A DNA stretch of 31,091 nt from positions 1-31,091 of the forward strand of contig SKKC01000391.1 in assembly GCA_007121695.1 (NCBI GenBank), given 5' to 3'. Below are positions 1 through 7,396 of this stretch, piece after piece (position 1 is the first letter of the stretch; each line of letters begins with the position of its first letter). The position numbers and the translations under genes were made by a program. This stretch comes from Spirochaetales bacterium (GTDB lineage: Bacteria; Spirochaetota; Spirochaetia; DSM-27196; SKKC01). Below the pieces are notes generated by a model. It did no database searches. It was not told the DNA's origin and saw only the letters and a program-made list of their open reading frames with translations.

Positions 1-1376
1 ATCCGGTCACGGTCCACCCAGGGGTTCCCGTAGGCAAGATTATTCTCGAGTCTCGAAGTAAATATGAAACTGTCCTGCTGTATCACGCTCACCGCCCGGC
101 GAAGCGATTCAAGCGTCACATCGCGTATGTCCTGTCCGTCTATGCGGATCGATCCGGAACTCACGTCGTAGAAGCGGGGAATCAGGTGGGCAATGGTCGA
201 CTTTCCGGCGCCCGGAGGGCCCACGAGCCCGAGCGTCTGCCCCGGCCCGACTTCGAAGGAAATGTCGCGCAGGGTATGTTCCTTCTTGTCCGTCTCGTCG
301 TACGTGAACCCGACGGAGTCAAAGGTCAGGACCCCGTTGCTCAGCTTCAGCGCGGGAGCTCCGGGTTTGTCCTGTATTTCCGGCTCCCGGTCGAGTACGT
401 CAAACAGCCGCTCACCCGACGTGGTTGCCCGCGCGATCGAGTTTACGAGCAGCCCCATCTGCCGAACCGGCATCTGCAGAATCGTAAGATACGCGAGAAA
501 TTCGGTAAGGCGGCCTATCGTAATGCTGCCGGAGAGCACCATGCTCCCGCCAACCGTCAGGACCAGCCCCATGGAGATAAAGTACACGAAGCTCATGAAG
601 GTGGCGTTCCGCACCCGCACGCCAATACGGTGCCGTGTCAGATTGAATGCCCGGTCGGACGTGCGGTCGAACTTGGACAGTTCGTAGTCCTGCGACCCGA
701 ACGACCGTACGACACGGATACCGCCCAGATTCTCTTCCATTATGCGGGTGAGAACCGACAGGCGCCGTTGCAGTCCGTGCCAGCTTTTTCGAAGCCGAAG
801 CCGCATGACTATGGCGCGCCACCCGACAATGGGCACAAAGCTCAGCGCAACAAGCCCGAGTACCGGCTCGGTGGAGATCATGAGCCAGGAGCCGACCCCG
901 ACAAGCACGCTCAGCACGATCATTCGGATAATGCCGGTATTTACAAATAGTCTGACGCCTTCCACGTCGAGCATGCCCCGCGTAATCAGGTCGCCGCTGT
1001 GCATTGCGTCGTGATAGCTGAAACTCAGCCGTTGCACCTTTTCATAGATCGCGAGCCGCAGCTCGTAGCCTATGAACTGTCCGACCGCTTCGGCGTGGTA
1101 GTTGTGAAGCATGGTAAACAGGCCGTGTGCGACGCTGGCACCAAACAGAAGCGCGGCAGACAGAAGAAGCACGGACCGTGCCTCCGCAATGGCTGCGCCC
1201 TGCTGAAAGAGCGTAAACGAGCTGTCGACCGCCGACCCGAGCAGCTGCGGAATCCAGAGCTGAAACGCACCGGCGATTACAGCGCAGGCAATGGTCACGG
1301 TCATACGTCCCCGGTGGCGAAATGCCATGCGGGTAATTCGCCCGAGCGTGTGCAAGCGTATGTGTGTACGAGGCAT
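1..1376 (-). CDS. ABC exporter, fused permease + ATP-binding domain (ABCB/MdlA-like); 3' end runs off the window
   Basis: Manual translation of the minus strand (not in the ORF track because there is no stop inside the window): MPRTHIRLHTLGRITRMAF..., six-TM ABC membrane domain (SGDLITRGMLDVEGVR, EENLGGIRVVRSF), Walker A GPPGAGKST, then LIPRFYDVSSGSIRIDGQDIRDVTLESLRRAVSVIQQDSFIF (Q-loop). ATG at 1376 with GGAG upstream. Confidence 0.93.
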   Translation of the reverse strand, partial: MPRTHIRLHTLGRITRMAFRHRGRMTVTIACAVIAGAFQLWIPQLLGSAVDSSFTLFQQGAAIAEARSVLLLSAALLFGASVAHGLFTMLHNYHAEAVGQFIGYELRLAIYEKVQRLSFSYHDAMHSGDLITRGMLDVEGVRLFVNTGIIRMIVLSVLVGVGSWLMISTEPVLGLVALSFVPIVGWRAIVMRLRLRKSWHGLQRRLSVLTRIMEENLGGIRVVRSFGSQDYELSKFDRTSDRAFNLTRHRIGVRVRNATFMSFVYFISMGLVLTVGGSMVLSGSITIGRLTEFLAYLTILQMPVRQMGLLVNSIARATTSGERLFDVLDREPEIQDKPGAPALKLSNGVLTFDSVGFTYDETDKKEHTLRDISFEVGPGQTLGLVGPPGAGKSTIAHLIPRFYDVSSGSIRIDGQDIRDVTLESLRRAVSVIQQDSFIFTSRLENNLAYGNPWVDRDR

Positions 1377-1446
1377 AAAAAATCTCCGACATGCAAGGGC
1401 GCGGCCGGAGTGAACACAGGTGGCAGCAGCACCGCATGTTCGAACT

Positions 1447-1476
1447 ATCGTACCGTGCTCTGATGTACGGGGGCAA
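1447..1476 (-). promoter_or_regulatory. Candidate sigma70 promoter for the ABC exporter
   Basis: Minus strand TTGCCC-N18-TACGAT in the 155-bp gap between mgtC and the ABC gene. Confidence 0.35.
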
Positions 1477-1531
1477 TGCGTGCCGCGAACGGATACACCA
1501 GACTGTCCCACCGGCTGGACAGAAACGTGTA

Positions 1532-2233
1532 TTACCCGACATCCTCGAGACGTATCTTTGTAACACCCGGTACACCGTTTACCAGTTCGTACATTTCGTC
1601 GTAGTCGAGATCGGGTGGCACGTAGACCATAAAGCGGTATCGGGTGGTGCCCTTGTCTATGGAACGCTGCACATCGGTGCTCCGAATGCGAATGTTCAGA
1701 TCCTCGAGCACGCCCTCGAGTACGTAGGCCTGTGCCTTTTTACTGTTCGTGGCAATGTGCAGGCTTTTAATGACTCGCTTGGGAAAATACTTGCGTTCGA
1801 ACCGATCGAGCAACGTCAGCGTCATGAGAATCAGGACGGTGGCCCCGACCGCGCCGCCATAGAGGCCAGCCCCGACCGCGAGTCCGATTGCGGCGACGGT
1901 CCATATAGAGGCGGCTGTGGTGAGCCCGCGTATATCCGCGCCGAGGCGTAAAATCGCCCCACCCCCGAGGAACCCGATGCCGGACACCACCTGTGCGGCA
2001 AGCCGGGCCGGATCGCCGGCTGCGTAGGTAAGCGGCAGGTGTATCGACAGAAGCATAATGAGGGTCGATCCGAGACCGATCAGAATATGAGTCCGCAGAC
2101 CCGCGGGCTGATTGCTGCGTTCCCGCTCGACACCTATTGCGCCAGCGAGCACAAACACGACAAGCAGCCGGAACAGCGTCACCGGCAGGTGAACGTCAGT
2201 TGCGTTCAGAAGATCCTGTATCCACACAAGCAT
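1532..2233 (-). CDS. MgtC/SapB family membrane protein with C-terminal ACT-like domain
   Basis: Family motifs IGVERE, AGLRTHILIGLGS, RLAAQVVSGIGFLGGGAI, GLTTAASIW, followed by a soluble C-terminal domain. Confidence 0.93.
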   Translation of the reverse strand: MLVWIQDLLNATDVHLPVTLFRLLVVFVLAGAIGVERERSNQPAGLRTHILIGLGSTLIMLLSIHLPLTYAAGDPARLAAQVVSGIGFLGGGAILRLGADIRGLTTAASIWTVAAIGLAVGAGLYGGAVGATVLILMTLTLLDRFERKYFPKRVIKSLHIATNSKKAQAYVLEGVLEDLNIRIRSTDVQRSIDKGTTRYRFMVYVPPDLDYDEMYELVNGVPGVTKIRLEDVG

Positions 2234-2258
2234 AGTCAGATCATTGTATCCGAGCAGA

Positions 2259-3782
2259 CTAACTCACGGAAGCGGATTTTTCGCGATCTTCGTATCTCAG
2301 GGCCCAAATGAGTCCGGCAAGGGACAGAAGCAGCACCGGCATGACCGGAAGCGCTGCGACAATCACGAGACTTCGAAACCCGGTCATGCCGGCAGACACC
2401 ACCATGACGGCCGCGAGTGCACCGGTGAGCACGAGCCACAGTACGCGCGTGAACAGCTTCATTGACGAGTCGGCCGGGAGCGACAGTCGGGAAAGAAACC
2501 AGCTGCTGCTGTCAAGCATAACGACCCCGAACCCCCCGACGATCAGCACCAGAACGAACCGGAGCACGAACGAAAACCTGAACTCTGAAAGAATCACGAA
2601 CATCGCGGACTCCGGCGCGGAAGCGATCGCGTCTGCGACCAGTATTCCGCGTTCCAGTTCCAGATACAGCCCGGCACCAGCGCTAATCGCGAGTACAAGC
2701 AGGATGCCGACTACCGGGATGGTCAGCGACGCAATGACACAGGACCGAATGGTGCGTCCACGCGAGACGCTTACCAGAAACACTCCCGTAAACGGTGCCC
2801 AAACCATCCAGAACGCCCAGTAAAACAGAGACTGCTCGCCGGATGCGTGTCCGCCAGCGATAACGCCGCTTCCAAGGGCAAGGCCGGGCAGATTCGTCAG
2901 GTAGTCGCCAAGCGTCGTCGAGAAAAACGACAGGATCCAGTTTCCCGGCCCGATCAGCAGCAGAAGGAGCATCAGAACGCCAGCGGAGATAGTCGCGGGG
3001 CGGCGAAGCAGCTGCACCTGCCGGTGCCGTTTCAGAAGCACGAGCGACATGGGAATCGCGGTAATTACGAGAAGGCTCGCGAGCACAAGCGCCGGACTGT
3101 CTTCCAGACCGAACAGCGAGGACACGCCCGCGGCAAGCTGCAGGGACGCAAATCCGAGGGTCGAGGCCGCCGCCACGGCACCGCCGAGCACCACACAGGC
3201 ATTCACCACATGACCAGGATACCGTTCAGCGCGAAAACCCACGAGGGGAAACAGCGTACTCGACAGCCGTATCGGCGTATCACGGCGAAAATGAAACCAG
3301 CCGAGTGCAAGTCCTGTTACCAGCGGGATAGCCCACATGTGAATGCCCCACTGCAGGTATACCGTCTGCATCGCTTCGCGCGCCGCCTCGGAACCGTATG
3401 GGGCAACACCGGTCGAGGGTGCGGCGAATCGTGTCAGCGTGTCTGCGACACCGAGAAACAGAACTCCAAGGCCGAGTCCTGCCGAAAGCAGAAGCGTCAG
3501 CCAGGCCGAGAGACTGAACCGGGGCCGTTCGTCCGGGCGACCGATAATCTTCAGGCCATGTCGGCTGAATGCCAGATACAACGCGGCCACCACGAATGCA
3601 CTCGCCGACAGCACGTACCATGCGGACAGACGTGCCGCAACGAAGCGATGCAGCAGGCGAATAATATCGAGCACCCACACCGGCTGCAGGGCCATGACCG
3701 TAATAAAAACCGCGAGCCCGGCCCCTGTCAGCGCAAGCGGCACCCCGGCAAAACGCTCCGTCGGCGTGTTCGTCTGGCTCAT
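2259..3782 (-). CDS. BCCT family (betaine/carnitine/choline) transporter
   Basis: About 12 hydrophobic segments; AGLGLG unwound TM motif; QWGIHMWAI; LFYWAFWMVWAPFTGVFLVSVSRGRTIR matches the BCCT signature (WAWWxxWxPFxGxFxARISRGRTIR). Confidence 0.92.
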   Translation of the reverse strand: MSQTNTPTERFAGVPLALTGAGLAVFITVMALQPVWVLDIIRLLHRFVAARLSAWYVLSASAFVVAALYLAFSRHGLKIIGRPDERPRFSLSAWLTLLLSAGLGLGVLFLGVADTLTRFAAPSTGVAPYGSEAAREAMQTVYLQWGIHMWAIPLVTGLALGWFHFRRDTPIRLSSTLFPLVGFRAERYPGHVVNACVVLGGAVAAASTLGFASLQLAAGVSSLFGLEDSPALVLASLLVITAIPMSLVLLKRHRQVQLLRRPATISAGVLMLLLLLIGPGNWILSFFSTTLGDYLTNLPGLALGSGVIAGGHASGEQSLFYWAFWMVWAPFTGVFLVSVSRGRTIRSCVIASLTIPVVGILLVLAISAGAGLYLELERGILVADAIASAPESAMFVILSEFRFSFVLRFVLVLIVGGFGVVMLDSSSWFLSRLSLPADSSMKLFTRVLWLVLTGALAAVMVVSAGMTGFRSLVIVAALPVMPVLLLSLAGLIWALRYEDREKSASVS

Positions 3783-4636
3783 GATGAATACTCCTCGGGA
3801 TCCCAGCTCCCGGACGCGTGCAGAACCGGGGCGTCGGCCGGCAGCACGAACACCGAAACGCCGCGTGCATGGACAACCGCCTCTGCCGTTCGCCCGATCG
3901 GGCGCGGGCCATCCTGAACCGTCGCCGATTTTCCGATAACCACCATGCGCGCACCCGCGAGGCGTGCCTGGCGTGGAATAACGCGTTCGGGCTGCCCCGT
4001 CAGCGACATGGTGGTGACGCTGCGGTTCAGGCAGCGGGCCGCAAGCCGCCCGAGCGTGCCTTCGGCCTGCTCGCGACGCGCGCGTTCTGTCTGCGGGTCA
4101 GGCGCCCTGTCGGCGCTGTGTAACAGGATCACGTGGCCGGGGCCGAAGTCGTTGCGGTTCAGAAGCGGAAGCGCGAACCGGTCGACGACGTCGAAGGCGG
4201 TCGCATACAGAATCGGGCCCTTCGGGTCAGACCAGCTCGGAAGCAGCGGCTGTTTGTGCACGAACACCGGCACATCCGTGGTACGGATTGTGTCCATGAT
4301 CATGCTCCCGGAAAACGATCGCTGTATCCAGTTTTTCGGTTTCCAGGAAGCGGCAATGCAGTCCGCTCCAATCTCCCTGGCGACGCGCGTTACCACACCA
4401 CTGTCGCTGTACCAGACCGTCCGATGCTCGACACGAAGACCCAGGTTCGAGAACATGGCACAGCGATTCTCGAGCAGGTCAGTGTTTCCGTGACTGCCCG
4501 GACCGGCATCCGGGCCGACGACATGGACCAGGACAACCGATCGCGCACCGAACCCGGACACGGACGTCGCAAGCGATTCGACCCGCCGTGTGGACTCGTT
4601 CAGTTTCAGGGGAACAAGGACTTTTTCAAATACCAT
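3779..4636 (-). CDS. Universal stress protein, tandem USP domains
   Basis: MVFEKVLVPL...VVLVHVV...GS..MDTIRTTDVPVFV, and a second domain ILYATAF...VILLHS...MVVIGK...GRTAEAVV..ARGVSVFVL. Its stop overlaps the BCCT start (ATGA). Confidence 0.85.
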   Translation of the reverse strand: MVFEKVLVPLKLNESTRRVESLATSVSGFGARSVVLVHVVGPDAGPGSHGNTDLLENRCAMFSNLGLRVEHRTVWYSDSGVVTRVAREIGADCIAASWKPKNWIQRSFSGSMIMDTIRTTDVPVFVHKQPLLPSWSDPKGPILYATAFDVVDRFALPLLNRNDFGPGHVILLHSADRAPDPQTERARREQAEGTLGRLAARCLNRSVTTMSLTGQPERVIPRQARLAGARMVVIGKSATVQDGPRPIGRTAEAVVHARGVSVFVLPADAPVLHASGSWDPEEYSS

Positions 4637-4668
4637 AGTGGTTGCTCAGAATAAATCGTGAACGCCGT

Positions 4669-6072
4669 TCAATACAATCCGTCTGAGACGCCAGACAGGC
4701 TGTTTTGTCTTTGTTCACGATGAAGATACCGTGTCGTCGTTATCATGAACACCGCTCCGAGCATGGCCGTCAGTACGTCGGCGACCGCCTGCGACGCAAT
4801 GACGCCATCCAGGCCAAAGAGCCCGGAGAGCACAAAGACTATGGGGATCAGAAAAATCCCCTGCCGCGCGATCCCGATCAGATACGCCGGTTTCGATTTG
4901 CCGAGCGCCTGACAGGTAAACAGCGCGACCGTCTGCAGACCGAACAGCGGGAACACACCGTGAATAACTCGCAGACCCCATGATCCGATCGCGATCACCT
5001 CGGGATCGGTCGTAAAGATGCGCATGATCCACGGCGCCATTGATACCACGAGCGCTGCCACCAGGAGCGCGTATATGCTGCTCCAGATGTACCCGAGCCT
5101 GATTGCGCGCATAAGCCGTGCGTACCGCTTCGCGCCGTAATTGTACCCGACCACCGGACCGTAGCCCTGTCCAAACCCGTACACGGGAAAGGAGGCAAAC
5201 AGAAGCACCCGGAACACGATGCCGATGGCGCCGAGCGCCGCGTCCCCGTGCGGCCGTGCGAAGCTGTTTATGATACCAAAGGCCACCGTTTCGAGCAGCA
5301 GCCGGAAAAACAGCGGTCCACCGTTGCCGATGACCTCCCGGACGATGGTACGGTCAGGCCGCAGGGAGGCAGGTCCCACGTGGACATAGCTTCGCCCGCG
5401 AACGTAGTGCGCAGACAGAAACACAACGGCGACCACCTGGCTCAGAATCGTCGCGTACGCTGCACCGGCGATGCCCAGGTCAAGCACAAAGATAAAGATC
5501 GGATCAAGGATGATGTTCACAACCGCCCCGAGCACCAGTCCGGCCATGCTGTAGCGGGCAGCACCTTCGGCGCGTATGCAGTGTGCAAGGCACTGTTTCA
5601 GCATGAGCGCCGACGCTCCGAACAGAAACACTTCAGCGTAGCTTCGGGCGTACGGAAGAACGGTGTCGGATGCGCCGAGCGCGACGAGCAGCTCGTCGAT
5701 ATACTGGTACGAGACCACACTGAACACGATGGACGAGAGCACCGTCCCCGCCAGCGCTACCGTCGCGGTCCGACTCGCCTCGTCCCGACGCCCTGCGCCG
5801 AGACTGCGGCTAATGTAGCTTGCAGCGCCGACCCCGAAGGTAAGGCCTATTGCGCCGACGAGCGTCAGCAGCGGAAACACGACCGCGACCGCGCCGATCT
5901 GGGCTGTCCCGAGACGGCCTATGAACGCACTGTCGGTCACGTTATAGAAGGCGTTTACGGTCATGCCCACGATGCCGGGCAGACTCATGCTCACAAGGAC
6001 CCGGGCAAGCGGTCCTTCACCGAGTACTCGTGTCCGTTTCTCCGCCTGCTGTTGCCTCTCGGCCTGCTCCAT
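4669..6072 (-). CDS. MATE family efflux transporter
   Basis: SLPGIVGMTVNAFYNVTDSAFIGRLG, NIILDPIFIF..LGIAGAAYAT, VGYNYGAKRY.R motifs. Start placed at ATG 6072 (AGGA upstream) because the ORF-track start overlaps aspS. Confidence 0.93.
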   Translation of the reverse strand: MEQAERQQQAEKRTRVLGEGPLARVLVSMSLPGIVGMTVNAFYNVTDSAFIGRLGTAQIGAVAVVFPLLTLVGAIGLTFGVGAASYISRSLGAGRRDEASRTATVALAGTVLSSIVFSVVSYQYIDELLVALGASDTVLPYARSYAEVFLFGASALMLKQCLAHCIRAEGAARYSMAGLVLGAVVNIILDPIFIFVLDLGIAGAAYATILSQVVAVVFLSAHYVRGRSYVHVGPASLRPDRTIVREVIGNGGPLFFRLLLETVAFGIINSFARPHGDAALGAIGIVFRVLLFASFPVYGFGQGYGPVVGYNYGAKRYARLMRAIRLGYIWSSIYALLVAALVVSMAPWIMRIFTTDPEVIAIGSWGLRVIHGVFPLFGLQTVALFTCQALGKSKPAYLIGIARQGIFLIPIVFVLSGLFGLDGVIASQAVADVLTAMLGAVFMITTTRYLHREQRQNSLSGVSDGLY

Positions 6073-6088
6073 GCCGCATTCCTGCTGA

Positions 6089-7396
6089 TTATGGCCGCAC
6101 GCGTTTGCGGTCCCGCGGGAACAGGCTCGCGGCCTTGACGTTTTCAAGACCGAGAATCTTCTGTGTCAGCCGTTCGAGACCTATGGCGAAGCCTCCGTGC
6201 GGTGGGCAGCCATAGCGAAAAATCGAGAGATAGTCACCGAGGTCTTCGGGTTTCATTCCGAACTTCGGCAGTTCGCCCACGAGCATGTCGTAGTCGTGTA
6301 TGCGCTTGCCACCAGTCGTTATTTCCAGACCGCGGAACAGCAGGTCAAAGCTCGCGGTCTGTCGCCCGTCGGGCCAGGTGTAAAACGGCCGTTTCTTGCG
6401 AGGGAACCCGGTTACAAACACCGCCTCGATACCGTGTTCGGCTTCGGCCCAGTCGCAGAGAACCCGCTCGGCTTCCGGGTTCAGGTCAAACAGACGCTTC
6501 CCGGTGCGTTCCGAAGCGATCGCCTTCGCCTCTTCGTAGTCGATTCGCGGCGTCCGAGACAGCGCGTCGGCATCGGGGACGGAGGCTCCGTACTGTTCGA
6601 GAGCGGTTGCCGCCACTCCGTCCTTCACACCGGCGAAAATGTGTTGCAGTATTCCGAGTTCGAGGTCCATCAGGTCGTCGATGCCGTCGATAAACCCCAT
6701 TTCCACGTCGAGGCTCACGTATTCGTTCAGGTGTCGGGGGGTATCGTGTTTCTCCGCCCGGTAGGCCGCGCCTATCTCGAATACCCGCTCGAGGCCGCTT
6801 GCGACCATGGCCTGTTTGTAGAACTGCGGGCTCTGTGCAAGAAACACCCGTTCGCCGAAATAGTCCACCTCGAACAGACCCGTGCCGCCTTCGGTGCCCG
6901 ATCCAATGAGTTTGCTCGTCTTGACTTCGGTAAAATCCTGCGCCCGCAGATACTCTGCAAACAGGCGTACTATTTCGGACTGAAGCTGGAACATCGCGCG
7001 GATCTTCGGCATGCGCAGGCTCAGAATACGATGGTCAAGCAGCGTCTCTATACCGATCCCGTCGGGGTCAGCCGCCACCGGAATGGGAGCATCGAGCGCG
7101 GCAGGCCCGAGCACCTCGGTTTCCTGCGCCCGCACTTCCATGCCTCCAGGAGCCTTCTCGTTGGCTGCAGTGAGTCCCTGTATACGGACGACCGTTTCCG
7201 ACGTGACCGGAGCCGCGCCCTCGTAGACTATCTGTACAAAGCCGCTTCTGTCCCGAAGGACGACGAAGCTGACCTGCCCGAGTTCACGCACCCGGTGCAC
7301 CCAGCCTGCTACCTGTACGACTGCTCCTGCATCCATGTCCGCCACGCGGGCTGCCGCGGTGCGAACCGGTGAGGTCTGTGCATCTGTTTCACCCAT
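6089..7396 (-). CDS. aspS: Aspartyl-tRNA synthetase, short archaeal-type, non-discriminating (Asp/Asn)
   Basis: OB-fold N-terminus (GWVHRVRELG, LRDRSGFVQIV); class II motif 2 YRAEKHDTPRHLNE; motif 3 GGFAIGLERL; 435 aa with no bacterial GAD insertion. His in GWVHR and Pro in KAPGG are the residues associated with non-discriminating enzymes. ATG 7396 overlaps the gatB stop. Confidence 0.95.
   Translation of the reverse strand: MGETDAQTSPVRTAAARVADMDAGAVVQVAGWVHRVRELGQVSFVVLRDRSGFVQIVYEGAAPVTSETVVRIQGLTAANEKAPGGMEVRAQETEVLGPAALDAPIPVAADPDGIGIETLLDHRILSLRMPKIRAMFQLQSEIVRLFAEYLRAQDFTEVKTSKLIGSGTEGGTGLFEVDYFGERVFLAQSPQFYKQAMVASGLERVFEIGAAYRAEKHDTPRHLNEYVSLDVEMGFIDGIDDLMDLELGILQHIFAGVKDGVAATALEQYGASVPDADALSRTPRIDYEEAKAIASERTGKRLFDLNPEAERVLCDWAEAEHGIEAVFVTGFPRKKRPFYTWPDGRQTASFDLLFRGLEITTGGKRIHDYDMLVGELPKFGMKPEDLGDYLSIFRYGCPPHGGFAIGLERLTQKILGLENVKAASLFPRDRKRVRP

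Noticed and set aside
1503-1522. CTGTCC-N8-GGACAG hairpin after mgtC as an intrinsic terminator or riboswitch
   Set aside because: Short stem, no U-tract and no recognisable riboswitch consensus in the 155-bp gap.
2234-2258. Mg2+-sensing leader (M-box or leader peptide) before mgtC
   Set aside because: Only 25 nt separate the BCCT stop from the mgtC start.
4659-4671. LexA (Cheo) box in the USP promoter
   Set aside because: Spacing is GAAC-N3-GTTC, not the N4 of the Cheo box; retained only as an unnamed palindrome.
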